Shown piece by piece: positions 15,026 to 27,450 of a stretch of 64,000 nucleotides of DNA (within the stretch, counting starts at the first letter, position 1; each line of letters starts with the position of its first letter). This stretch comes from Macrostomum hystrix (Eukaryota > Animalia > Platyhelminthes). The stretch is taken from contig CATNEN010000015.1 of assembly GCA_950097015.1 (NCBI GenBank), positions 248,001 through 312,000 of the forward strand, read 5' to 3'. The position numbers and the translations under genes were made by a program. Below the pieces are notes generated by a model. It saw only the letters and a program-made list of their open reading frames with translations. It made no database searches and had not been told where the DNA came from.

Positions 15026-15430
15026 AACCTTTATTGAGTCCTTTACTACTCTGTAAATAATGGGAATATTTAACGGTTAATTAAAACAAAGCAATGGTCA
15101 TAAAAGTTTAAGTTATAAGCAAATAATTATAACTTCTGTTATGCGTATATTTGACACACGTCAACTTTTTTAGTGCTTGTAAAACTTCGAGACCACGCAT
15201 GCAGGTAAATAAATGTATAGTTACAATTAAAATAGGCGTACCCCACTGGTTCACAGGTAACATCTGAAGTACAGGTAGAGCGCAACTAAATCATATTTTA
15301 ATCATTGGAATATAATTTGTACACAAACTGAAGCGCAATGAAAGCAGCTTGTATTATCCTGATCATGATGCAGAGCAAACTAGTCTCTTAAATAAAATCA
15401 AATAAAAGTTTTTTGAGCTGGCAACCTGAG

Positions 15431-15548
15431 CTACCTGAGTTGACTTGAGGAGGGCGGTTGGTCCCACACGGCTGGCCTGCTGACACATGCCGGTGTCCAC
15501 TGCTGCTGCTGTGGCTGCGTCAATGATGCTGGAAATCGAATCGACTGA

Positions 15549-15631
<83 letters not shown>

Positions 15632-16330
15632 AGGATCGAGCGGCTGTTGCGGTGGCATCGGTGGTTGCTGCTGCTGTTGGCAGGAGGCCGACCGAAGTCG
15701 GACCTGGTCGGGCGGCACGCCGCTGACCACCTGGCCCATGAAGCGGATGTAGGTGATGGCCAGTCGAAGGGTTTCAATGCGCGACAGTCGCTTCTCGAAC
15801 GCGAAGGTCGGCACCTTGGTGCGCAGGGTGTCGAAGGCTTCGTTGAGGTTGAACATTCTGCGGCGCTCTCTGTGGGAGGGAATCGAGGACGGGTCTTACA
15901 GAAACAGCTCAGCAGGGATGGGCCCAGTGCTTTTGTCTGTGAGCAGTTCTCAAACTCACCGAACATTCGCAGCTTTCCTTTGAGCCTGAGACGCCACTCG
16001 CTTGCGCTTCGGCTTCTGCGGTTTGGCCAGCGGAGCTTCCAGAGCTGCCTGCGGTGGCGGCTGCTGCTGGGCCATCGGCACCGCGTAGAAGTACTGCTGC
16101 TGCTGCTGAGTCTGCCAGCTAACAGCTCCATGCGGCAGCTGGGGAGTGAACATTCCCGCAGCTGCCGAAGTCTCCAGCGATGAAGTCATGACGGCGCCGC
16201 AGCTTGAGATGCTTCCAATGCTGCTGCTGCTGCAATTGCTGCTGCTGCTGCTGCTGTTGCTGCTGCAACCAACAGCTTCCACAATTTGCTGAGCCGACAC
16301 CGAGGCAGGAGATGTGGACATCTTCCGCAT
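15431..16330 (-). CDS. FERD3L: Fer3/Nato3 (FERD3L-like) bHLH transcription factor. Exons 16330-15960 and 15869-15431
   Basis: Spliced b[64 protein letters not shown] matches the Nato3/Fer3 signature rather than Ptf1a. The 90-nt GTGAG...CAG intron is phase 2; a polyQ tail follows. Confidence 0.9.
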
Positions 16331-17134
16331 GACTTGGCCTTTCAAAGGAATGATAAGCCTGTGAATAGGATTTCACCCGTCTCTGAAGCTTGGAAACTTG
16401 GGAAATTGAAGACCGATGAAATGAGAAGCCGATTGTGACAGAGCACTTCTCTTTTTTATCCCTTTTGTACGGAAGACTTTCTAGCAGCGGATCGTGTCTT
16501 CTGCGTCCCCTCGGCCTCTTTTTATCCCCACAACTGGGAATAGGGGCCGCGAGCCAATCCACTCGCTATTCTCCCCAAATTTCCCACGTCCTGCGCCTTG
16601 ACGGGGGTTGGAGAGAAGCGGATCCAGATTCCATTGGTCCGCGCTGCCTGGCCTCCCAATCTGCCAGTTCCGTCACTTCTCATCCCCGGCGGCGGTGCAT
16701 GGCTTTGAGTAGAGTGTGAGAACTGTAGGCCCAGTGTTCTCATGGCCGGCCTGTCTGCTGTGGCAGTGGGCCATTGTGCAGACTGCGGCACATTGCATTT
16801 ACAGCTGAGCAAGGGGTGCATGAAAAACAGTGAAAACAGTTTTTGCCTTTATGATCCTCCGCATGGGAAGTTTAGCTGTCGGGCCTCCGCTACTTTCGCT
16901 TTTATGATATCGCCAACTATCGACCTATGCTTGAGCCATAAACTGATTGGGTATACTCGTAGCACAATCCCCACTTTGTGCGAAATTTTCAATAAACTAT
17001 TTTTGTGGCCCTGCCGTGGTGCATGAGTGCGACACCAGTCTATTTGAGTTCTCTATGAAAATTCTCCTTTCCCGAGCTTACAACGCAAATTATCTTTTAA
17101 AATTACACAGAATAATAAGCTTTGAAAACTTCTG

Positions 17135-17876
17135 AATCCCCAATCTACTCAATCCCCAATCTACTCAATCCCCAATCTACTCAATCCCCAATCTACTCAA
17201 TCCCCAATCTACTCAATCCCCAATCTACTCAATCCCCAATCTACTCAATCCCCAATCTACTCAATCCCCAATCTACTTAATCCCTAATCTACTTAATCCC
17301 TAATCTACTCAATCCCCAATCTACTCAATCCCCAATCTACTCAAACCCCAATCTACTTAATCCCCAATCTACTCAATCCCCAATCTACTCAAACCCCAAT
17401 CTACTCAAACCCCAATCTACTCAAACCCCAATCTACTTAATCCCCAATCTACTCAATCCCCAATCTACTCAATCCCCAATCTACTCAAACCCCAATCTAC
17501 TTAATCCCCAATCTACTCAATCCCTAATCTACTCAATCCCCAATCTACTCAATCCCCAATCTACTCAATCCCCAATCTACTCAATCCCCAATCTACTCAA
17601 TCCCCAATCTACTCAATCCCCAATCTACTCAAACCCCAATCTACTCAATCCCCAATCTACTCAATCCCCAATCTACTCAATCCCCAATCAACTCAATCCC
17701 CAATCTACTCAAACCCCAATCTACTCAATCCCCAATCTACTCAATCCCCAATCTACTCAATCCCCAATCTACTCAATCCCCAATCTACTCAATCCCCAAT
17801 CTACTCAATCCCCAATCTACTCAATCCCCAATCTACTCAATCCCCAATCTACTCAATCCCCAATCTACTCAATCAC
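17135..17876. repeat. 16-bp minisatellite (TCCCCAATCTACTCAA), about 46 copies
   Basis: Near-perfect tandem array. Confidence 0.95.
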
Positions 17877-19517
17877 CATTCTACTCAAGTTAATCACCGT
17901 AGACCCCTACGATGGCCCTAAGCAAGCTTTCGTTCGCATCGTCACCAGCAGATTCTCTCTCCCCGGTGTCTCTAGTATCGATTCCTTTGAACTGCCAGCA
18001 TCCATGCGCTCTGCAGCCCGCGGCACGGACTGAATGGGCACAATGATCACCCACATTGATCGCATGCGGCAACGAATGAGCCAAGCTGTAACCTGCTGAT
18101 TGTGAGCTCATTGTGAGCTCATTGTGTGTAGCCAGTCATCTCCGTTCACCGCTCACCACTTGATGAGGGATGCAGAATTGACACGGAAATCACCGCTGGG
18201 TCGCATTAATTTTCAATGGGCCCCACTTAATTCGCAAAACCCGCACAGGTCCCTGTTTCAATTTGATTTGCCTCTCGCTAAATAATATAATAATAGCGAA
18301 ACCGAATTGCCACCGACATGGCAACAGTGTAGCCAAAGCCGGCTGTCCCACATTAGGTCCGCTAATCCCCTCACCGCGTCCCGTATTTTAGAACTCGATC
18401 CCTCACGCCACAGTCATCACTGTAACCAGAATGTGCATGCCCAATGATTTCTTAATTCTCCGCATTGTGCTGGTACGGCCCAGGTAAGCCAGAGGCAGGC
18501 GATTAAGACTGAAGCAGAGAATTGTGCTCAAACTATTCAGCTACTCAAAACTTCCCGACCGAATCATCCACGGAGGCAGTTTAGCAGAACGAAGAGAAAA
18601 GCAGAGCGGTGGCAGACACATAGGGGCAAGTTTAAGAGGCCTGAGCGGTGGTCACACGTGGTCCGGGCCAGCTGTTGCTCGACCACTCCACGCTGCCTGG
18701 GCTTCATAGGAATTAAAACAGCTCTGCCACGACTCCGCTGCGCGCCCTCCCGCATGCAGCGAGTGGCACAGACGGATTTGAGAAACTTCTGAAATCCACA
18801 AAAACAACTCATTTCTTCTCCCGCTAATCCCCCTGAGGGTGGCTCACGGTCATATTAGCTCCCAATGTTTCTGCTTGCAGGGATTTCAGGCTGAAGGGGA
18901 TTATTGACTGCCGATGGGCCCGGCTCATTCCCAATCCTCCCCCACCTATTGTCCTGTCTGCTGATCTGTGCTCAAATGTTTTTGAGCTCCAGCGATTGCT
19001 GCGGAGAAACCGCTCTTCTAGGAGAGTTTAATGAACTGGGATCTGAGGTAGATGATACAGAAGATTGCAGAGCAGAAAATTCAGGACCTGGCGGTTAAAA
19101 AAGTGCTGAGACATCCAGTTGGAGATTAAACAACAATGATCGATCGATTAACGATTCGCGCGTGAACAGCGCATTGTTCTGCGTTGTCTTTTGTCTGGTC
19201 TTTTTTTCCTTCAGGAGTTTAACTGCAGCGAATTAAATTAGTTTATTAATTGAGTAGCAAATTGGACACTTGTGGACTCTGCGGAGACCATTGTGGTGAA
19301 GACGACACGCGACCCCTACACCAGACAGGCAAACCACAGTTCCCTTTCAATAAATTCCGATGATAAATAAAACAATTCATGATTTCACCAGTTTCTTTTA
19401 ACGATTAAATGACAATGATGAAGCACGTGTGATGATTAGCATGGACTGCTTTACTAATTGGAACTGCAGCAATACTTGCTTTCAGTTGCTTATCTTGACG
19501 GATATCAGGACGCATCT

Positions 19518-19745
19518 ATTCTCTCCCCTGTCCCATCTCTCCCCTGTCGTATCTCTCCCCTGTCCCATCTCTCCCCTGTCCCATTTCTCCCCTGTCCCAT
19601 CTCTCCCCTGTCCCATCTCTCCCCTGTCCCATCTCTCCCCTGTCGTATCTCTCCCCTGTCCCATCTCTCCCCCTGTCCTATTTCTCCCCCTGTCCCATCT
19701 CTCCCCCTGTCCCATCTCTCCCCCTGTCCCATCTCTCCCCGTCTC
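19518..19745. repeat. 16-bp minisatellite (TCCCATCTCTCCCCTG), same family as the 7740 and 29930 arrays
   Basis: Tandem units visible. Confidence 0.9.
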
Positions 19746-20567
19746 TTCCTGTGAAAATGGGATAACAGAACGGTTTGTCTTCACTGCTAACTTTGTAACT
19801 GCATGATATTTCGTGGTCTGTGAAGCTGGCTTGACCTGTGGTCAGTCAGGGAAAATGGAGATGAAGAATGCAGAACCATGAAAGGCTTGTAAGGGCTTGC
19901 TGAGCTGCTCCCCAGCAAGCCCAGGAGATTACCATATAGTATAATTTCTTTCGGATTTCCAGCTCAAATGAGTCGAAGTCGAAATTGTTTACATAAACAG
20001 TCGAGTGCTTTCATCGCACCTCCGCAGCTGCTCAACTGTGTGAGTGAGAACATCGACTCGGCTAAAGAAAAACATTTATTATTTCTTCCATGCAGAAGCA
20101 ACTGCGTGAGACGGCTCCCTCCGTGTTCGCTTGACTTGTTTTTGGGAAGGAAGAGAATGACAATGTCTATGGCAGATCCATTGTGTGCAGTATCGTTTAG
20201 AAAAACGAGTTCCTGTCAGATCAGTTGCCTTGACGTCACTGAAATGAACTCCTGAATACAGCTGACACGAGATCCAATTGTTTTGGCGTTAATGGCTGTT
20301 TGTTGTTGCAGCACCTGATCTTTATTGTTGTGAAAGCTCCGCGTTAGAAACAATGGCATGGGGAACAGATCAAAACACAAGCAAGCAGCTGCATGCTTTC
20401 TTGTCTCCTCCACTGCATTAGTGGCTGTCTGTGTTTTCCTAGCCTGACACACCTGCGCCTCGTTGCTAAGGGGAAGTTGTGGGGATTAATGTTGTCAGTT
20501 TTGGTGAGACATTAAAAAAATAATAAGGAATTTTTATTTCCAAGGCTGATTGAATGCATGCGTTTTT

Positions 20568-21072
20568 TAGACAGCAGACAGCAGACAGCAGACAGCAGAC
20601 AGCAGACAGTAAACAGCAGACAGCAGACAGCAGACAGCAGACAGCAGACAGCAGACAGTAAACAGCAGACAGTAAACAGCAGACAGTAGACAGCAGACAG
20701 CAGACAGCAGACAGCAGACAGTAAACAGCAGACAGCAGACAGCAGACAGCAGACATCAGACAGTAAACAGCAGACAGCAGACAGCAGACAGTAAACAGCA
20801 GACAGCACACAGCAGACAGCAGATAGCAGATAGCAGATAGCAGATAGCAGACAGCAGATAGCAGACAGCAGACAGCAGATAGCAGATAGCAGATAGCAGA
20901 TAGCAGACAGTAGACAGCAGATAGCAGATAGCAGATAGCAGACAGTAGACAGCAGGCAGCAGACAGCAGACAGCAGACAGTAGACAGCAGGCAGCAGACA
21001 GCAGACAGCAGACAGCAGGCAGCAGACAGCAGGCAGCAGACAGCAGACAGCAGACAGCAGGCAGCAGACAGC
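20568..21072. repeat. 7-bp repeat (CAGACAG)n with variants
   Basis: Direct inspection. Confidence 0.95.
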
Positions 21073-23024
21073 AGAAAGAAAGACAGCAACCAATTTGCAG
21101 TCCGAGCTCAGATCCAACGCGTTATAAATAGTTTTGTTATAACAAATAGACTTTGTTATAAATTGTTTTTTGTTATCAAACGGCCAGCCCACCGACTGTC
21201 CCACTGCACGGGGCCTGCATGTGTAAAATGAGATTGTGAGAAAGTCATTAGTCGTGTCGGATATCAAAGCGGCCTATTTAGACAATAATCGTTTGTGCTC
21301 ATCTGTTCTCAGACCGGAGCTGTAGGAAGAGAAGGCGGAGCACTTGCAAGTCGCATTGTTTCGTGAAGTCTCCGCTCCCGCATTGCTGCGAAGTAAACAA
21401 GATTACAAATGCATAGCTGCCTGAAATGCTGTACTTATCTACTGCTCTTTGTTGCTGAGCTTTGTTATCGCACAGGTGGGCGCGGACTGCGGTCTGAGCA
21501 GCATGCTGGGTCTCAATTTATTTTAGGACATTGTTAAACTTACTTTCATTGGTCTCTGGTCTGCTTTTTATGCGGCTTTACTGTTCTCTTTGCCCAAAAT
21601 TTTTAAGTGAGAGTGTACACGCCTGTGTGAGCGTGTGCCTGCGTACAGTATCTGTCTGCATGTGTGCTCAGGAGTCAGCGAAATGGGCATAATTGCCTCC
21701 TCGTTGGCCACCTCGTAGTGTCACCAAATAATGTGCCGTTACCCGCAGCCCTCCTGCAATTACTATCATTATTAGGGGAAAACTTTTCAAAGTAAAGAAA
21801 ACTGCTTCCGCTGAATGTTGTGCAGTCCAGTCCATAGACTGAATATCTGTACACAGCCCCCGACCCAATGCATCATTTGCAATCATCTTCCTTACTATCG
21901 CACTGAAGCAACGGCCCTTTATTTGAAACAATGCTTCTCGTAGTGCTTGCTAATCAGTAAACAATCTCAAATTGAGTCAAAGTCAATCAGATAGTGCTAA
22001 ATAAGCTGACAGGAAGTTCTGAGTTTGAGTTGCCGTGCTCCGTCAGGCCTGACAGGCCTTCAAATTGAGAACAGTATTTTAGTTAGAGTCCTGCTGAATT
22101 ACCTGTCAAATGCAACTATTATTCAAAAGAATGCTTTGATGCAGACACAAGGCCCGTCAGAGTGCGCCTCAGCTGTCCTGCTTCACTCAAGCACTCAAGA
22201 ATAGGTATTTGAGTCTGAGTCTAGACAGCTCTAAGTGGTATATTCTGTAGTCGCAAAGCATAATTTCATTACGATTCGTTGAGTCTCAGTTTTGAGTTAG
22301 TCTCGAAGAAAATCTGGCAAAATTTTCCGCTCTAAATAAATTCGAACTTTCTTTTAAGAGCTTTCTTGAGAAAGGCAATTGCTCAAATTGTATGTTTTAT
22401 ATGCGGCGCTGTTGATGGACATTGTGAGAAAACAATGGAAAACAAAGCGAAACGGGATCGGGAAAGTCAAGCCTTCATCTGAGTTCGGGCCATGTTTTTC
22501 TTCGGCTTTTTATAGATTGCAAAACACGGAATGTGAAGTGGACACAGACGATTTCCCGTGTGACTTTCAGTTCTTCTTTTTTATCACTTCGCGTTCGGAG
22601 CTGAGTTCTTGGAAATCGCATCCGATTCCAGGAAATCTGAGTCACATTCTATAAATACTGCAGCAACCGCATTAGCACCGCTAGCTCATAGAGAGCAGAT
22701 TGACACACCCGATTCACCTCTCCATGATTGATTGAAATATAAAATAGAAGACATTGTTGAAATGCGGTGGGTGCAGACTCATGAGACTATTATCACAGCA
22801 GTGCGGAGGATAGCTGCTGTGCAAGAATTTGACACTTCAGACTCTTAAGGATGTGAATTTCCTCTAATAATACTCAAATCTCTAGCATATATAATCCTAG
22901 CTTGTACATGACATTACCTTTAAGGTGCATGACCTTACTTATAAACTCTAATAACCTTAACTATAAAGTCTATATATAACCTTGACTATAAGGTGCATGA
23001 CATTACTTAAAATATGTGTGTATT

Positions 23025-23270
23025 ACCCTACCTGTAATACACGTGATACTACCTGTAATACACGTGATAGTACCTGTAATACACGTGATAGTACCTGTAA
23101 TACACGTGATAGTACCTGTAATACACGTGATAGTACCTGTAATACACGTGATACTACCTGTAATACACGTGATAGTACCTGTAATACACGTGATACTACC
23201 TGTAATACACGTGATACTACCTGTAATACACGTGATACTACCTGTAAAACACGTGATGCTACCTGTAGTG
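23025..23270. repeat. 21-bp minisatellite (TACCTGTAATACACGTGATAG), about 11-12 copies, each with CACGTG
   Basis: Direct inspection. Confidence 0.93.
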
Positions 23271-23537
23271 ACAGTCTAATGTAGATGTATTTTAAACCAA
23301 ATTATATTTATCCACAAAGCATGAATCATGCAGACATTGAAACTGCGATCTACATTAGGCTGACAACAAACCCAAAAAGCAGTTCTAAACAATTTACAAA
23401 CTCCTTCAGACCAATATAGGACCCCTTTAGGCGCGAATTTTTCAAAAAGTTTGCAAGACTACTTATTTTTCTTTGTAAGTAGAATCGTCAGGACATGCGC
23501 AATAAAATTATCAAAATGGGAATAAATAGAAAGCCAA

Positions 23538-23835
23538 TCAAGCTGTCAGGTAGATTGTCTTCTGCTGTCGTTTTGCCTTCACTGGCAACTCATCTTCCAG
23601 TTGGCGCCTCGCCCTGCCCCGATCTGATCTCGAGTCGAAGTCGCCGATCTCAGCAGCTCCGGAGTCGGCCGTATCGGCGCCGCGGCCGCAGCAGTAGTGC
23701 AGCGCCAGGGCCATCAGACCAGCGAACAGCCCGAGGCCGGCAAGACCGCCCAGCAAGCTGCCCACGATGCAGCTCGGTTGGCAGCCCTGTGTCATCGCTG
23801 CGCTGAAGTTCGCGATGTTCGGGATGCGGAGGACT
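23538..23835 (-). CDS. Probable terminal exon of a single-pass membrane protein; upstream exons not identified
   Basis: GC-rich frame with a hydrophobic stretch CIVGSLLGGLAGLGLFAGLMALALHYCC followed by a charged tail and stop. The 5' boundary is approximate. Confidence 0.45.
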
Positions 23836-23934
23836 TTAGAGACGGAGTTGGGATGATTAACACGGGTTCCAGAGGGAAGAAAAGGCAGGGATAAATAAAT
23901 AAATAATAGATAAATAAAAGGGAATAAAAGGAAG

Positions 23935-24228
23935 GGATTTGAGAATGGGGATTTATTTAAGGGGATTTGAGAATGGGGATTTATTTAAGGGGATTTGAGA
24001 ATGGGGATTTGTTTACGAGGATTTGAGAATGGGGATTTATTTAAGGGGATTTGAGAATGGGGATTTATTTAAGGGATTTGAGAATGGGGATTTATTTAAG
24101 GGATTTGAGAATGGGGATTTATTTAAGGTTTTTGAGAATGGGGATTTATTTAAGGGATTTGAGAATGGGGATTTATTTAAGGGATTTGAGAATGGGGATT
24201 TATTTAAGGGATTTGAGAATTGGATTTT
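23935..24228. repeat. 27/28-bp minisatellite (GGGATTTGAGAATGGGGATTTATTTAA)
   Basis: About 10 tandem units. Confidence 0.92.
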
Positions 24229-24709
24229 ATTTTAGGGAATTTTGAGACTGTGAGACTGCTCTGGATGGGGTAGTGAGAATGGAATTGATGTGTAAAGGAA
24301 TTTAAATATGGGGATTTAGAGGACAAAAAGTTTATGTTGGCTTAAGTATTGAGGATTTGAGCCAGTTCTGATGTTTCAGGATCAGTGATATTACCGGCTC
24401 TCATAATCGTGCAATTTTTACCTCTAAGCTGAGACAGCTGATGCAGCTTCAACTGGAGCTGTCTGATTCTCCCGTGTCCGATCTGGGCAGGTAACACAAA
24501 CAGCGAGGCTTTGCATGATAAAGACTAAGTTTGCTGTTAAATTAGGACCCAGTTTAATTAGCTATTTATGAGGCACAGCACACTTTGGCCCGGACAATTG
24601 TACAGGTAGCTGGGAGCTGTGGTGATCAAGGATACAGATTAGAAAGAGGATAAAAAGTGAACTAATTAATAGGGATCGCAACCTTTACCGAGGTGGTAAC
24701 GAGACGCGA

Positions 24710-25020
24710 GGAGTGGAGAGCAGAGGAGAGGAGAGAAGAGGAGAGGAGAGGAGAGTAGAGAAGAGGAGAGGAGAGGAGAGGAGAGGAGAGGAGAGGAGAG
24801 GTGAGGAGTGGAGAGGAGTGGAGAGGAGTGGAGAGGAGAGGAGTGGAGAGGAGAGGAGAGGAGAGGAGAGGAGAGGAGAGGAGAGGAGAGGAGAGGAGAG
24901 GAGAGGAGAGGAGAGGAGAGGAGAGGAGAGGAGAGGAGAGGAGAGGAGAGGAGAGGAGAGGAGAGGAGAGGAGAGGAGAGGAGAGGAGAGCAGAGGAGAG
25001 GTGAGGAGAGCAGAGGAGAG
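24710..25020. repeat. (GAGAG)n microsatellite
   Basis: Direct inspection. Confidence 0.95.
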
Positions 25021-25482
25021 GAATGTACAGGTGGCTAACAGCCTGCTAACGGTGAGTCCTCGCACAGGTCGCGGTTCCGAGTCCTGTGCCAACGAATTAC
25101 GTAATAGGCCGCAGCAAAAACCGGGAAAATGGTCGGAGTGGAAAAATCGGTGATTCACCGCATCGAAAACAGCTCAAGCCCAGTCAGGCCTTTGAAAGTA
25201 ATTAAACAAAGCCCCTTTGTTGAAACTAAAAAGTGATCGAATGCCAATTTGACTCTGTCATGCAGGATGCACTGCAAATGACGAGAATATTCAAGGCCAA
25301 GGCTGATAGAAATACGAGCGCATATTTGAAATTTGATTTGTATTTGAAAATTGCTCATGGCGTGCTGAAAATGCAATTTTTTAGTTCTAGGAATTGCTAT
25401 TTGCTTTTTTATATGCTTTTTTGCCTTCAAAAAAGAGCCGTATGCAAATAACGCTATGAAAGGCAGTGACACCTGTTAGACA

Positions 25483-25745
25483 GACAAGACACGTGTTAGA
25501 CAGATAAGCCACCTGTTAGACAGATAAGCCACGTGTTAGACAGATAAGCCACGTCTTAAACTGATAAAACATCTGTCAGACAGATAAGATACCTGTTAGA
25601 CAGATAAGCCACCTGTTAGACACCAGGGTCAGGCACCTGTTAGACACTAGTAAGGCACCAGTTAGACACAATGGTCAGGCACCAGTTAGACACAATGGTC
25701 AGGCACCAGTTAGACACAATGGTCAGGCACCAGTTAGACACAATG
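25483..25745. repeat. 20-bp (ACCTGTTAGACAGATAAGCC) grading into 24-bp (CAGTTAGACACAATGGTCAGGCAC) tandem repeats
   Basis: Direct inspection; the units share a GTTAGACA core. Confidence 0.85.
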
Positions 25746-26988
25746 GTTCGCAGGCTGTTCCAACTGACCGTGGGCGGGTTAGGTGCAATACGCAGAGACC
25801 AGGCAGGTCTAAGCAAATTCGCATCGCATTGCACCTGACTCCTAAGCCCCCGAAACACTGTTGGAATAGGCTTGAGTCTTCACTGCTCAAGAACAGGCTA
25901 AGATCTGCTCACTTACCGCTAACGCAGGCTGCAGTGAAGGCGGGGTCGCTAATGTGTATTTTATTCTGTCGAGCTCCGAGCAGCACACAAGCACAGCTGC
26001 CCAGACCCAGCTCGTTATATCTGCTCGTTGAGTGGGGTCTGCGGGGTTGTTGAGCGGCCCACCCCACTCAAACAGCCAGTCGGATGTGACTTGAATGGCT
26101 CAGCAGTTTGAGTCTATGCCTGAGTAGGCAGGTTTGACTGGTCCCTCATTCAGCTTCGCTGTCACCTACGCAACGCGGGGAGGGGGGGGGTGGGTGAGGC
26201 CGATGCGAGCTGAGGCACGTTGCCCCACTCGGACTCAGCACAGCTCTGGCCCCCGCACGCCATGGCCGCTCAGTGCGGCTAAAATCTCTTGATCTGCGGC
26301 TATAATGCCAGTCTCTGGGCGCAGGGGGTCTCATGGCAACCAGCCCCAGCCCCTGCAGCCAGCCCATTGTCAGAAGCTGCTAGCCGAGTCCATGCTTGCT
26401 CTGATATTCGCTCAGTTCGCCTGTCGCAGTTGGGCATTTATTTCTGTCTCGTTGAAAATTATATTCGATTCATTCAGGGCCTGGAGTTTATTGCCCCCGA
26501 ACCCAGACCAGCGAAGACAGCGGCAGCGGCAGCAGCAGTCAGGCTGGGGCAGGTTGCTCCGCTTGGTTGAGCACAGATCTCAATCTAATGCTGAGCTGTT
26601 TATGTGCTAACCTGGCACTCAGGCGGGGCCCAGACTGAGGGGCAGAGAAACCAGCAATGTCATGACGGAGACAAAGCGAAGCCACTCTGAGAGACCCGGC
26701 GCGCGATCTGAGACAAAAATGAAGTTCCTTTGTAAGGCTTTTAACTACGTGAAGAACTCACAAATTTTGTTAGTTTTAGCAAAGTGCGAGATCTGATGCA
26801 TTAATTGGAGAATTTTTTTAACTTGAAATTATCATATGCGATTTTGAATACTTTTGCTGAAACTGACCGAACGCGTGTTCACAGAAGGGTAAGACAACTC
26901 GATAGGTAGATAGATATTTGAGTAGATATAGGTTGACGGATCTATGAGCAGATAGGTAGATAGGTAGATAAGGTAGAAGATAAAGCGG

Positions 26989-27450
26989 ATGGCACCCAGA
27001 ACCGGCAAGGACGTGCTTGACATGGTATTCTGGTACAACATGGCTTCGAAGGATGGTACTCGGGAGTGCAGCGTGCCTAGCAGAATGCTCAGCACTTACG
27101 ACTGGAAACCGGCCATGTTGTCTCTCCCCGACCGCCTCTACGACACCGGAGTCCAACCCCGCCCTGCCGGTCGGAACGGAAGTGTTCGTCAAACCGTTGG
27201 CCACCAGGTGTACCGACGAGTGGCCAATGGGATGCGTGACAGGCCAGAGCCAAGTGGCTACAGTGGAGGTCAATGGACTTCCCTCCGTTACATTGCTGAC
27301 GTCCGGCCGGCCCCAGGCTCGCAACCACAGCCGCCTGGAGTTACAGCAAGCCGTTGAGCGGAACGGTGTACCCCGATGGTCAGGTCGCGTCAAGTCGCCA
27401 CTTGTCCGCTACGAAGCTTAGTCTCTTTTGATCTTTTGATCAGGGAGAAA
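26989..27450 (+). mobile_element. Gypsy LTR-retrotransposon integrase 3' fragment, frameshifted
   Basis: RTGKDVLDMVFWYNMA...SVPSRML, then in another frame VGTEVFVKPLATRCTDEWPMGCVTGQSQVATVEVNGLP, then HVADVR-like YIADVR. This resembles Gypsy integrase C-termini; a purine tract lies near 27437-27449. Confidence 0.65.

Noticed and set aside
15548-16183. Plus-strand poly-Leu ORFs here and at 28923-29435, and the antisense ORFs at 30800-31654 and 51334-51807
   Set aside because: Shadows of real minus-strand genes; GC-rich codon usage suppresses antisense stops.
21668-21931. 87-aa minus ORF with a short hydrophobic stretch (also ORFs at 44654 and 46262)
   Set aside because: No recognisable domain or clear splice signals.
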